The translations under genes and the position numbers were made by a program. From Rhynchobatus australiae (lineage: Eukaryota), in contig JAUZTB010000066.1 in assembly GCA_034780895.1 (NCBI GenBank), positions 11,719,342 to 11,783,341 on the forward strand: a stretch of DNA of 64,000 nt, read 5' to 3'. The notes beneath the pieces are model-generated. The model was given only the letters and a program-made list of their open reading frames with translations. It did not search any database and was not told the DNA's origin. Positions 50,752 to 63,545 of the stretch are shown piece after piece (within the stretch, counting starts at the first letter, position 1; each line of letters starts with the position of its first letter).

Positions 50752-52713
50752 GTCAGTTTTGGATGTGAATCTTCAGAAAATTAGATATTCTGAATTGTCA
50801 GATGAATGCTAGTCCAGTTGCTGGGTACACAGAGCAAATACGCACCTCTTTTATAGTAGTGTGTTTATGGGAAAGATAATATTCAGTGTGGTGAAAGGCA
50901 TAATAGTGCTGTGCCTCACTTGGATTTAAGTTGTTCGTGTCCACTGACCAAATATTCAAGTGTTAGTCACATTGTACAAGTACAACATATTTTAACAGAC
51001 TATTACCTAAAATGAAAATACAAGCATTTTTTCTAATTAAAAAGCAATAATGTGAACTGTGCTTCAGGGAAATGCTTTGCCTTGGAGAAACAAAGTGCTG
51101 CAAATTTGCAGCATTCATTTTGCAGCAAATTGCTACAAAGTGGGAGGTTGCAAATATTTAGGCTGTTATTCCTAATGTACAGTACTTGGGTGGTTTTAAA
51201 ATATCCCCAAAACTAAAAGCTTAATAACCTGATTAAAAAGGGAGCACATATCACAATGTTCCTTTATGCTTATCACTCAATGNNNNNNNNNNNNNNNNNN
51301 NNNNNNNNNNNNNNNNNNNNNNNNNNNNNNNNNNNNNNNNNNNNNNNNNNNNNNNNNNNNNNNNNNNNNNNNNNNNNNNNNNACTCAATGATGTTGACCT
51401 ACAGGACCAAGGTCACTTCCATATGCAAGGTTAGTGCACTTTTCCAAAATTTATGGCTCAACTTGGCAAATGGTGTAGGCTATATCCTTTTATGCTTCAG
51501 TCATTTAAGAAAAAAATTGCATTAGTGAATTGTTTTCTAATGACTCACTTCGTGTCTAAGATCCTCTGTTATGTAGGTGTAAAATGAGTCGGTTGCTGCC
51601 ATGTTGTAGTTTTATTTTCTTGATGCTTTGATGTTATGGAAGGCAAGTGCAAACTATTTCCCTTTTGAATTCCTTTGGACTTTGAGGATAAATCGTGAGC
51701 CTGCACGGCTTATTTTGTTTATTCTAACTGATGTTCTCGCACATCAGTTGTGAGAGGGTAGTTTTTATGCAACTGAATTGCCAAGAAGTTTTGTCATTTA
51801 TCTATGCTGTCATATTTGTTGGCACTGAATTTGCAGACATTCATATGTCGCCTGTATTCACTGCTGAACACTGAACTGATGTTTGGAATTCCAAACTGCT
51901 GTTAAAGTGGTTTGACTGTTTCCGGCATGCAAAGAACATAAATAATGATTAAAACCATCTTTCATTAATTAAAAATATCTGAGTTAACTGCTTAGTCCTT
52001 CACAGGCGTTCTCCACCATTGAAACTGATGGAGAAGCACTCCTGTAATTCTTATACCTTGTGCAGATTTTTATGGCAAGCTCACTGCAGAACTGTCAGGC
52101 AAAGATACCAAGTTGCCACTCCCACCCAGGCTCCACAAGGTGCCCAGTGTCAGAATGTAATTGATAAAACATAGAGAACGCTAACTATAACATTAGGGCT
52201 TCTGTGTTTGCAAGGAGAACAAATATGGAGAGAAATATGGGCAAGTTCTGTGGGGAACAAAACATCTGATGATGGAATTCTGTGATCTGTTCTTTCTTGT
52301 GTGAGTTAAAATGGTTTCTATTCCACTATTTAAATTGCTCGCAATGCTAGTTGTCAAAATCTATGCACTTAAAGTGAAGAGTATAGACCAGTGCAAGACC
52401 AAAGTGTAATTTGAGTAACTTTAAACATATATGGGAAGAGTCTGGGTCTGGTTTCATTGTAATTATCCCATTGATGTTGACAACTGCTCATCAGCCCACA
52501 TCACATTCAGAAAAATGATTATTAATTTAAAAATGAATTAAATTAGTTCCTATCATGTTAGCAAGGTATTTAGTTCATTGGTTTCTTTAACGATGGAATC
52601 CAGGGACTCAATGAATACAGTAGTTCTTCATATATGACAGTGCTGGTAGTGAGGTTGTAATAAAACTTTTTCAGAAATTATGCTTTGTTAATGTCTTTCT
52701 TTTCTTTATTCAG

Positions 52714-52785
52714 CATAGCAAATGTCATCAAACAAGCTGGTTGCCCTGTACCGGATTACATGATGCAAATAAATAAATTGCAAAG
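52714..52785 (+). CDS. DDX52: DDX52 exon 13 (SIANVIKQAGCPVPDYMMQINKLQ)
   Basis: Read manually; ttcag acceptor, gtaaa donor; phase 2 at both ends. Confidence 0.95.
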
Positions 52786-54284
52786 GTAAATGTCCATGAT
52801 TTAAATATGTATTAACTAAGACAAGGAATGCTGTATCTCACTCTTTATGAATGAGTGGGCAGAGTTGTAAGATCGTTAGCTACCATATTTGGCAAATTGA
52901 GTTAAATCTGTTGCTGCTTTAAGGTTAATAACTGTACATTAGCCTTTACAAATATGTACTTCCCTGGAAATGCAACAGTTTTGAATTTACTCAGAAATAT
53001 AATACAGTGGATGCTGTTTGAATTAAAAAGAGAAAATGATGGAAATAGCAGATTAAGTAATACCTTTGAAGAAATGGGTAACGTTTCAAGGTAATGACTG
53101 TCTATCTGAACATCCTTTAATTTCTGTTTCATCCTTCACTTCTTCAAAGATTCATTTACATAGTCACATCAGCACAGCTGAGGCAGTCAGCAAAAATGTG
53201 ACAAGGGCGGGCAGACTGGGCGGGTGGAGTTGGCTGGGTAAATGGTGGCAGGGGAGGATGTATAGACAGCTCCCTCCCTTTTCTGAAGGGAGCAAATTAA
53301 GTCTATACTCTGCCAACAATTGTAATAACTTATTTGAGAAATGGTATTTAAGTGGCCACACTGGAAGAATTGCACGGCTTAATGGCAATCTGTTTAATAG
53401 GAGCAGTAGTTAAAAATTGGGTCTGGTCAGCAGTATTTTTCCTGCGTCCCTGCTCTTTGCTGCAGGTGCTCTTTTAACTGAACAGCTTTTGTGTAGAGGA
53501 CTATTCTGATTGTTTTGATATTTGCCCTTTGAATACTATGATAAATATGTTAAGCCTGATTATTCACAGATAAAAGTTCTAAATTTGCAGAATTAACAAA
53601 TGATCTTGAAATGCACTCCAATTTTATTGATCCTTTATATTTTATTCATATACATCAGAGCATCCATTGTCCAGAATGAGAAGAGGCCACATATCAATCT
53701 ATTTCTGAATTAGCCATCCTTATGAGATTGCTATAATTTTTTTTTGCTTTCTTTTAATTGTTTTTTTATATCGTACTGTATTTCATTTTCTTTCATCAGT
53801 GAGCATGATGTTCTCACTTTTTTACCCTTGCGCTTAAAGTCCTGAATGATAACAATTTAGTCAAATTTCATAGATAAACTTCCATTGGAGAACTCAGATA
53901 ATGCACCAAATAGATGGCTTCCTTTACATTACGGAAGATAAATGCTTCAGGAATGTTTTATCTCCACTCCAGCATTATTTGACTGGGACATCAAGGCTGT
54001 ATCTATTCAATGAATGCAAAGAAAGTAAAGATAGAAGCTGGGTTCTCTGAAGCCAGACTATTTGGCAGCTTTGGTACAAAGCAGCAATCTCCAGAATGAG
54101 TTTGAATGCATGTCCTTCATATACCAACAAATTGTGGGTGGATTTAATCTTTCATCATTGTACCTCTATCAGATTCCTATTCTGTTTTATTAATTTGTTG
54201 TTTCAGTTTTTGTATTGATTTTGAAACCTAATCCATTAACAGTGTGTCTTTGTAATAATGGTTGCCACCTTGCCCTCATTGCAG

Positions 54285-54377
54285 TAAACAAAGGAAAAGG
54301 TTAGTCAAAAATCCAATCAAACGAGCGACCATCAAGACCACACCAAAATACTTTCTGGAAATGGCAGCCAAAAAGAA
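54285..54377 (+). CDS. DDX52: DDX52 exon 14 (SKQRKRLVKNPIKRATIKTTPKYFLEMAAKK)
   Basis: Read manually; tgcag acceptor, gtaag donor; R-x-x-I-x-TTPK motif of the DDX52 C-terminus. Confidence 0.93.
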
Positions 54378-54914
54378 GTAAGGTTCTTTGAAATGTCATA
54401 TATTTTTGAATTGAATTCTGTGCAATTAGATTATATTTAAGTCACCCAACAAATCAAGTAATTTCTGAAGTAAAATTCCCAGTAGTCTTTTATGTGAGCC
54501 TGATGCCAGATTGAATGTTTAGAAAACTTAACAGCCACAGTACATCCATTCTTGTATCTTGAAATTTATGTAAATCCTGGTCTGAAAGTTCATTTACAGG
54601 ACTGGGTTGTATTTTTAAAAATGAAGAACTTGAATGCTAATTGAGTAAACTTATCTTTAGTTATTTTTGAATTCTTGTCTCAAGTACGAAGATAAATGTA
54701 CTGTTTTATATCCACTTTAATGTTCAATTGTTTCAATTCAAACAATCAGGACTGTGTGTGTTAGGTTAGATGGAAGTGTTACATCATTGATAACCTATGA
54801 AAATTTAACCCACTGCGGCAGGCAGTTCGATATAAAAGTGGCTTGAATTTAGTCATTCAATTTTTTAATTACATTTATTAGAACAAAATATTATTGTTAT
54901 TTGAAAACTTTTGA

Positions 54915-55017
54915 AATAAAAACAGAAAATGCGACAGATATTCAGCAGGTCAGGCAGCATTTGTGAAGAGAGAAACCAAGTTAACCTTTCAGACTGATAA
55001 TCGTTCATCAGAACTGC
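54915..55017 (-). mobile_element. Penelope-like terminal fragment with a hammerhead core
   Basis: Reverse complement agtt-ctgatga-...-gaaa-ggtt-aact. Confidence 0.65.
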
Positions 55018-55294
55018 ATTTTGTAACATGAAACATTTCCTGAATGAAGCAAGTTAGATAATTTTGAATATGTGACTCAATACAACAGTCAATAATTCTG
55101 ATGGTAGTTGCTGAGATGTAACCACCAATTACAAAAGGGAGAACTAAGTGTATTAATTAAAATTCAGGTGAATTGTTGAAAAAGTAATTGTAAATAAGAA
55201 TATAGAAAATAAAATGTGGCAATATATTTCTTGCTGTGCCTCAGGATCCCAGCTAGTGAACAGGGAACTCTAATTTTTATTTTGCTGTTTACAG

Positions 55295-55361
55295 AAAATT
55301 GATTCAGAGGAGCAAGAAGAAAAAAGAAAAATCCCAGAAACTGACAGCCATTAGTTCTTAA
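55295..55361 (+). CDS. DDX52: DDX52 exon 15 coding part (KKLIQRSKKKKEKSQKLTAISS*)
   Basis: tttacag acceptor, phase-compatible with exon 14; lysine-rich tail; TAA at 55359-55361. Confidence 0.85.
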
Positions 55362-55954
55362 CAAGGTTCCACAGACAGACAATGCAATGCTGTTGGAAAT
55401 GCTGAAGATTTTATACCCCGTATCCGTGTTGCACAAGTTGGTTGATGGCAGAACAGCTGCTGAGCAGTTGATTCTGTGGTGAATGCAGTTATGCTGAACA
55501 AAGTTTTCACTGCTGTTTTGAAAGAAATATTTGTTTCTAAATTTTTAAATGAACTTTGGATGTGCTCAAGAGTGCAGTGTCATCTGCATGTAACTGCAAA
55601 GTTGTGGTCTCTCCTATATTGTATGTTTAAACCGTTTAGAATTAACATGCTACAGTGTTATATACCAATGAGGATGTGAATTTCACATACATTTTTTTCT
55701 GATATGGAGAATTGCAGTCTGCAAACTTAAATTTGTACTTTATTTTAATAAGAAGTTGTTGTATGGAAGTTATTTTATAAACAGGTGTATAGTTACAGCG
55801 AAACTATTACTCATCTAATTCATGACAAAGTTGAATAGGTAATTTATCATCAAAATGTCGTAATTTTCTGATTTAAGTGTCCATCATTACTGTAAGGAGC
55901 AAAATTTGGCTTTAACGCTGTTTATATTATCTTATTGTTTGAGAAGGAGTGTAA

Positions 55955-55960
55955 AATAAA
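55955..55960 (+). terminator. DDX52: Candidate polyadenylation signal AATAAA of DDX52
   Basis: AATAAA about 600 nt after the stop codon, followed by T-rich sequence. Confidence 0.55.
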
Positions 55961-58329
55961 ACTTTTTATTTCATAATTGACAAATCTCTGGATAATGTAT
56001 TATGGTTAATGCAGGGGCATGAAAAAGAGGAGAATCAATGAAGCTGTTCTTTTACTATATCCAATATTCCTAGTTGTACTTCACAGCTTTCAATGAAAAT
56101 ATAGTTATTTATTCTCAATGTGGAATTTATTTCCCATCATTGGTTTCTCTTAAACAACATATAAGTATCATCTTGACAACACAAATAAGTCAGTTGTGAT
56201 GATGTGGCTCTGATGTCATGTGGAAGGCAATTTGAGTAACAAAAAGTTGCAGTGATCAAACAACTTCACAGTTACTTTATTGAAATTTTCTGCCACTTAC
56301 ACTGCCCAGGCTAATGCCAGGGAGCCCTTATAATAAGCTAACCATTTTTGCCACCATTCAATTTAATTTACAGTGGTATTAAATATGCCATTTATCTCAG
56401 AGAATTGAATAAGCTTCTTGTATGTTGAAATGTGATTAAGTATTGTTATCTATTCACCCCAAGAGCTGAGTGCCTTGCTACAGCAGTAGCACTGTTGCAA
56501 AAAGAAATGAATTTGCTACAAATCCTAACTATTGAAAGAGCAATCCGTCCCTTATCTCTTATTAATCCCCAAAGAACAGCTGATTGAAACTCACTGAAGT
56601 CTCCATTCTCTGTCTGTGTCTGAAGTCTCTGTCAGCTGTTTGCTAAATGCAGATTATCTTTCAGTTTCCTGTCAAATAAATTATTCCTTGTGGAGAGACT
56701 GGAGAATTAACACAGTGCCAATCATCACATCAATATGCAGTCAATTACTTTATTACAGTTCAACTGTTAAAATAGAATTCCACTTTTACAAACTAACAAT
56801 TTTCTTGCTACTTTGGCTAATTCTAGGGGGTTATTATGGTCAATTTTTTAATCTGATGAAAATCCCTAGCTTTTTATGTTACAGCTCTTTGCTCTTTGAA
56901 GCCAATTATCAAAATGAATAAACTGTAGTTTAAGGTAGTCTGTTCCAAACATTATAATTTTTAAATTATAAAGAGTCAAATTGTAGATGCATTACAAATT
57001 CCCTCCACTAAGCATCAATCTGCATCTATTGCTTCCCAACATTACTTGCAAACTTTGGTAGATCTAATATAAATTAGCAGCAATCCCTTGTCAGAGAGAA
57101 TATGGGTGCTATTGCTATGGTCTGAAGTTTTGAGTCCATATATTAAGACTGCAAAAAGTGTTGCAGAAAGATGAGGCTTTGTTCCTTGAACTTCATTGGA
57201 ACAGTGTAGAAAATGGAAACACGAAAATCAGATGCAACAAAAAATCAAAGTGGGTAGTGAAATGCAGCCTAGTTATTTGCATGAAAGACCAAGGTGCTCA
57301 CAATATGGTCAAATAATCTTTGGCCAATATAATGTAGAGGAACCTAGAGAGTGGGTGGTGCACAGCCAATCGTAGGTCAATACACATGAATCGTTAGAGC
57401 TTAGCACTGAAAGGCATAATTAATTCAGTACAAGAGAAACGTTCCTACGCAACTGTCTTCATTTCATGATTCCAGACATCAGCCAGTTCAAGTTTTAACA
57501 CCATTTCTTGAGCTGCCAAATGTATCTCAGCTGAAAACACTTCCAATGATGATCTAAAATCCTATCAATGCATTGGCCTTTTATTACTTTATGATGCACC
57601 ACAACTACATAATGTAATAGAGTAAAAGATGTTGTATTTGATCATGTATTTTCCACACAAGTATTTTTCTTTACCTTTGTAAGGAATATATACAACTTAC
57701 TGAAGTTGAGCTATAAAGTATTTTGTTTCAGGACTTGTTATTTGAACTCTGCAGAGCAAGGCTGAGTCCACATACAAAGCACTAAGATGTACCTGCCTTG
57801 GAGNNNNNNNNNNNNNNNNNNNNNNNNNNNNNNNNNNNNNNNNNACTGGATAAGATGCTGTGATACTTTTGACTTACCTTGAGCAATGCAAAAGGAGCCT
57901 TGTGACATAATAGTCTACTTATTTTGGTACAAGCGATTAGTTGATTTACATTTTGGTTTCTGTTCCTTCACCCCAATGCACTCTTTATCTGAAATGCTGA
58001 TATAAAAGACGTGATCTTTCCTGCATTCAAACCGTCTGCTGCCTTTCATTTTGTGTTTAGACATTTCATTTAACAATTCAACAGATAAAAGAGAAAGGCA
58101 GCGTACTATTTGTCACAATAACAAGATCTTTCCAATATTTTTGCAATGTTAATGAATCAAAAGAGTGTAACAATAGTAATGAGGTCAGTATATGGTGCTG
58201 AATGGTGCATTGCACGAAAAGTAAAACCGTGCATGGTTTAAGATGATATACTTATATTGAGATAGCATTTCTGTTCATGAAAATGAGGTTCACGCAAATT
58301 TAAGATGCTTTGACAGATTCCAGTGAACC

Positions 58330-58830
58330 TGCCTCCACAGCCACTGCCAAGCTCTGCGGAGCGGTGATTGACAGGCGACTGTACGCTGACCTTTGGGGAG
58401 GGGGGGTCGAACCCGGAAGTAGTCGCTGGTTGACAAGGAGCCGAATCAAGATGGCGCTGCGACCAGGATCGGGAGGCGGTGGCGGTGCCGGCGGCAGTGG
58501 GTGAGTGAGTGTTGGGGCACCGGTTCTCCGGGACCCTCTCTTCCCCTTATATTAAGTGATGTGGGAGCATTTAACGCAGGTGTGTCGGCGGCGATGCGAC
58601 GATGGGGCACTGGGGCGCTCGCTGCCCGTCGGATAGAGGGACCCGGCCCGGCCCGGCCCGGCGATCTCTGTCCACCCCCGGACCCGGCTGGGCAACGCTG
58701 TCATTTACTCCCCGCCTCTCCTCTTCTGTTCCCAAAATTAACCGCCAGCCTTTCCTTCCTTCCAAACCGGCTGTAAATGCCCCGAATCTGAAACGAAGCG
58801 AAACCCACCCCCTCCCTTATCGTTGTTAAA
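58330..58830 (+). promoter_or_regulatory. CpG island promoter of SYNRG with TGATTGACAG (58365-58374), ETS CCGGAAGT (58413-58420) and YY1-type CAAGATGGCG over the start codon
   Basis: Motifs read directly; dense CpG. Confidence 0.8.
58451..58500 (+). CDS. SYNRG: SYNRG (synergin gamma) first coding exon MALRPGSGGGGGAGGSG
   Basis: Matches the MALRPG+Gly-rich N-terminus of vertebrate SYNRG; GTGAGT donor at 58501; lies downstream of DDX52 as in human; later exons not seen in the window. Confidence 0.88.
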
Positions 58831-59454
58831 AAAGGCAGAATGGAAGAAAGTACAGGATTTTATTCCCTCCTTTCAAGCTGTAGTGTTGCTGTTTGAAGGT
58901 AATCTGATGTGCTGCACGCTGAATAATTGATGTTGCAGAAGGAAATCGGCCCTTCATGCATCTTTCATCCGACCTCATTTCTTTTTATCCATCATTACTA
59001 ATTTAGGTGCAACTTCCTTGATTAGAGGGGGATTCATCAATTGATCGCTGCTTCCCCCTTTCTCTGTTCTTCTCCCACACACTTAAAACAATGTTAGTGC
59101 AAGAGAAGCATTCATAAAAATCGGTGCTGGCATCCCAGGGATCATGATAATGTGAAGTTTCCCAGGATCATAATGATGGAATAAAGCAGTTTTGAAATTG
59201 CTTGGTTTCTGTCCCAAGTGTGTGAGAGTGTGTTTTATATAGCATGAACTATATTTTTGTTGCTCAGCAGGTCTGACTGCACCCATTTTTTATTCTTGGG
59301 CCCAGTCGGTATGAATGAATCATTGTTTTTCTGCTGGCTCATTGATCACTAGCAAATAAATCCATGTTGCAAAAAATGAAAGAAGGATTTGTAACATTCA
59401 ATACTTTTTGTCCTGCCATTTATTTTGGATAGATGCATACACTCAGTTATCATA

Positions 59455-59745
59455 TATAGTAACGTAATGGTGAAGTTACTGAACTATCAGCCAAAGTACT
59501 GGACTAAAGGCATACATTTAAATCCCAACAGTTTAGGAAGTTAACTTCATGTAATTAAATCAGGAATTACTTTGAAATTACTTGATTGTAGTAAAGGTAC
59601 ATCAAATTCACTTATGCTCTTCAGGGAAGGAACTGTGCCATTCCTACCTTATCTGGTCAAATGTGACTCCAGATCTAACAACCTGGTTGATAACTACCTC
59701 CTTAGTTCAGGGGAAATTAAGGATTTCATGGACGAATAAACAAAA
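59455..59745 (+). mobile_element. SINE family B (degenerate) in SYNRG intron 1
   Basis: ttcagggaaggaactgtgcc...tgtgactccaga. Confidence 0.6.
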
Positions 59746-61494
59746 TATAAGTAGTAGCAAGAGCCTCCAATTCTGCTTTAAGGCAGTGCCTAACAATTTG
59801 AAAAACACCTCCGTAATAAAAAAGGAATGTCAATCAAATGTTGCAAATGTCAAAGAGCATTATCAAAAATAAATAATGTATTTCTCCTTTGCTTCATTTC
59901 GATCTTCTACCCTAGCAGCTTGTCATGCTTCCATCTGCAATTGGCAGCAATGGGATTCAAGTGGATTAATTTTACTGGTTAAGTTCAGCAACAAATGATT
60001 ACTACATTGAACAAGTTGCTTAAATGTTATGAATGCCCTCAGCCAGTGTTCTCTTTCTTTCCTTAATATATTTAATATCAGGCTTTCCTGATAAATGGCA
60101 GCTATTACTTATGAAGTCTCTCGATCCACGTCATCCAAAAGGGTTTATGACTCCCTGAAACATGGAATTAAATGAATTATTGGTTGCTATTGTATATTTC
60201 TGAAAGCCTATTAAATTGAGCTAAGTGACATATTTTGTGTAATGTTGTGTCATTTAGGTTTTGACTTTACTAATTAGTGAAAGTTGTGTTGATATATTAG
60301 GAACTTTAGTATTGAGAAATGGATCACCATTCTAACTGATGAGTTTGGGAACTTAGATGCAAGAAGAATTGTAAGATTTCCTCTCCCATATACTTCTTGT
60401 TCCACCCCTACAGCCTGAGTTATACAAGAAACTTCTTTTGGTACCAGCTTTTTCAAAGGCAACACCATGCTAAGCACATAAGTAACATAGAAATGACAAT
60501 GCAATGGAAATAATGTAAGCCATGTAAGAAGCATTCCATAATAACTTTTTTAAGTTAATGAATTTGAACATCTAAACCTGCACAAATTTTCTGAGAAGCC
60601 AAAAATTCATGACCATCAACAATAAAAACTTAATCTTTCTGATAAAATGGAGTAATGAAGATTATTGAATTGTAAAATAGCTGTATTCTGAGCACCAGTT
60701 TTAAATTATATATGAATGATTTGATCTGTGTAAGAAAGTGGGATATGTTAGTAATTTTTTGGCGACTTACAGTTGGTAACTTTTGCTTCTTGGTCCTAGA
60801 GTGATTATAATTTTGCTTTTGGATCAAGTGATATATGCTAGTTCAAGCAAAGTTAGTACATAGTACATTGAGGGTTGATAGACAGTTGAGAGCCTTATTA
60901 ACAAGAAGCACAATACAGTCATGAAAAATGAAACCATCTGGTTAACCAGGCAAACAATGATGTTTAATCCTTTGCTCAAGCTTAGTGCAGAGCAGCATAT
61001 TCGGTTTCCAGAATAATATTAAACAAATCACTTACTGCTTAATATTTTATAGATATAACATTAAATTCTGACTTGCAACAATCAATTTTTGTTTTCATTT
61101 GTGACCTGATCTTTCAGTTGAGGATTGAGAGGTTATATAACTGTTTTCAGTTATAACGTTTGCGATGAATTTTAATTTATGAATTTTTCTAGAACTTTAA
61201 CAAAAGGGACTAAAACAAATTGAGTTGTGATGCATTGGTTTAGTGGTTTTAGATTGAACTCGTGATGTAGAAGCCATAAGTTTAAATTCCCATCACTCAA
61301 GGTTTTCAATAAATATTTCTTCTCCAACACTGAGCATATCCCACAAATATTAAAAAAAAGATTTGTTCATATGATGCAAGGCAGTGACATGGCCATATGA
61401 CTATAGGAGTCTCTTGAATAGAACTTCTAACTATCTCTTGATATGAAAAAAATAGTCAAGGCATTTTGTGATAATTTGCATAAACTGAAGTACT

Positions 61495-61668
61495 CTTCCC
61501 GCCTCCATCCGCTTATCACCCCTCCTTACCTGCATCCACCTATCACTTGCCAGATCTTGCTTCATCCCTTCCCCTCACCTCTTCATATTGACTATCTTCC
61601 CTATATCTTTCAGTTCAGATGAAGGGTGTCGACCTAAAATGTCGACTGTCCATTTCCTCCACAGATGA
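61495..61668 (+). mobile_element. Penelope-like terminal fragment
   Basis: ccacctatcacttgccag...cagttcagatgaagggtgtcgacctaaaatgtcgactg. Confidence 0.7.
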
Positions 61669-61889
61669 TTCGTGATAAAGATGATCCAAATGAAGATGAG
61701 GTTACTGTTACATTCAACATCTAATATATGGTTGTTATGTTCCCAAACATTTTTCAGTCCTTCTAACACAAAAATTGTATCTTCCACACAGTTCCTCCAT
61801 AAAGAGGACAGGCATATGATCTTAAATTTCTCTTCATCCTTTTTAGTTGCTGGCCTTTACATTTTGTAGCACAAATCTGATACTTGATT

Positions 61890-63545
61890 GAGTATGAGAG
61901 CTCTATATTGATTAAGGGGTGGGAGAATGGGGTCAGTAGACCTACTAAGGTGACTGATATTATTCTTTCCAACTGAAATTATAGGTAGAGTGAGATGGGG
62001 AGGATTGTAATACATGTAGGCACCAATGACATCAGCAGGAAAAGAAAAAGAGGTTGTGCATAATTGGTATGAGTAGCTGGGCATCAAATTAAGAAACAAT
62101 CTTAAAGGTGATAATTTCTGTGCTATTACTTGAGTCACTTGCAAATTGGCATAGGACAAATACTGTTCAAGGAATGATCCTGTGATGTGAAGCCTGATCT
62201 GCTAGAAGTGGGTTCTCATTCATGGTGCATTGGCACCAGTAAAGCGGGAAGTGAAGACTGTACCACTTGGGTGGTCTAACGTGAACTATGCTAAGACCTT
62301 TGTTTTAATGAGTCATGTAACTTGGCAAGCAGGGAGCATTTTAGATCGGCTAAGGGGTCAAAGTCGCAAGAATAAATCAAAGAGTAGTGCAAAGCAGTGG
62401 TGTTAGTAGTGCCATTGCTTCATAGCTCCAGTGACCCAGCTTCAATCCTGACCTCCAGTGCCATCTGTGTGGAGCTTGCATGTTTTCCCTTTGACTCTGT
62501 GAGTTTCCCCTGGGTACTCTGGTTTCTTCCCATATCCCAAAATCGTGCAGGGTGGTAGGTTAATCGGCCACTGTAAATTGTTCCTAGTGTGCAGCTGGGT
62601 GGTAGAACCGGGGGGCTGGAGGAGTTGATGGGAATGTGAGGGAATAAAATGGGATTAGTGTTAATAGGTGTATGACAGTGGTGCAGACGTGATGGGCCAA
62701 AAGGCCTGTTTCCATTCTGTACAATTCCATGACAAAGCAAGAGAGAATACTGTCCTGGCAAATGATAACGCTTATGAAATAGAGAGGACAAATCTAAGAG
62801 TAAATCAGTAGATAAGGACAGAGATTACAAAAAAATATAAAAGAACAAAGTTAATGGCTCTCTATCTGAATGCATGTAGCATTTGAAATGGGACAGATGA
62901 ACCAAGCATGCAGATAGAAATATTTATGATATGAGAGCTATTATAGAGATATGATAGCAGGATGACTTAGAGTGGGACCTGAATATTGAACAGCAGGAAG
63001 GACAGCAAGCTAGGAAAAGGTGGAGGTGTGCCTCTTACTTAATGATAGTCTTGACACGCTAGAGAGGGATGACCTAAGTTCAGGAGACTAGGATGTAGAA
63101 GTTGTTTGGATGGAGATGACAAATGATAATGGAAAAAGTCACTTGTGCGAGGGGCGTACAGACCCCTTGAACAGAAACCACATGGTAGGATGGATTGTAA
63201 AGGAAGAATTAAGGGGATTGAAAGATACAAGATCACGAGGGGTCTTAAAGTGCATGTGGAGAGGATGTTTCCTTTTGTGGAACAATCTAGAACTAAGGGT
63301 TTAAGACAGATAAGGTGAAATCTGTCAGAGAGCTGTGAGTCTTTGGAACTCAATTGTGGTGGAAGTAGAATCTTTGACTATTTTTAAAGCAGAAGTAGAA
63401 ATGTGTGATAAGCAAGAAACTTAAAGGTTGCTGGGTGTAGACAGGAGTATAGAGTTGAAGTTACAGTGAGATCAGCTGTGATCTCATTCAGTGATGGAGC
63501 CGCCTCAAGTGACCTTCACCTGTGTCTAGCTCACATGTTCTGATT
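61890..63545 (+). mobile_element. Degenerate CR1 LINE: ORF1 esterase remnant, ORF2 endonuclease start and 3' tail, with a V-SINE insertion
   Basis: IHVGTNDI (SGNH/GDSL-type ORF1) at ~62010-62033; ctctatctgaatgcatgtagcatt (LYLNAxSI) at ~62860; CR1 tail at ~63470-63540. Confidence 0.75.
62397..62732 (+). mobile_element. HE1 V-SINE with a CAAAGCA target-site duplication
   Basis: V-domain and CR1-type tail; caaagca at 62390-62396 and 62733-62739. Confidence 0.88.

Noticed and set aside
58501-58829. Pro/Gly/Arg-rich ORFs after SYNRG exon 1
   Set aside because: By-products of a GC-rich CpG island in intron 1; no recognisable homology
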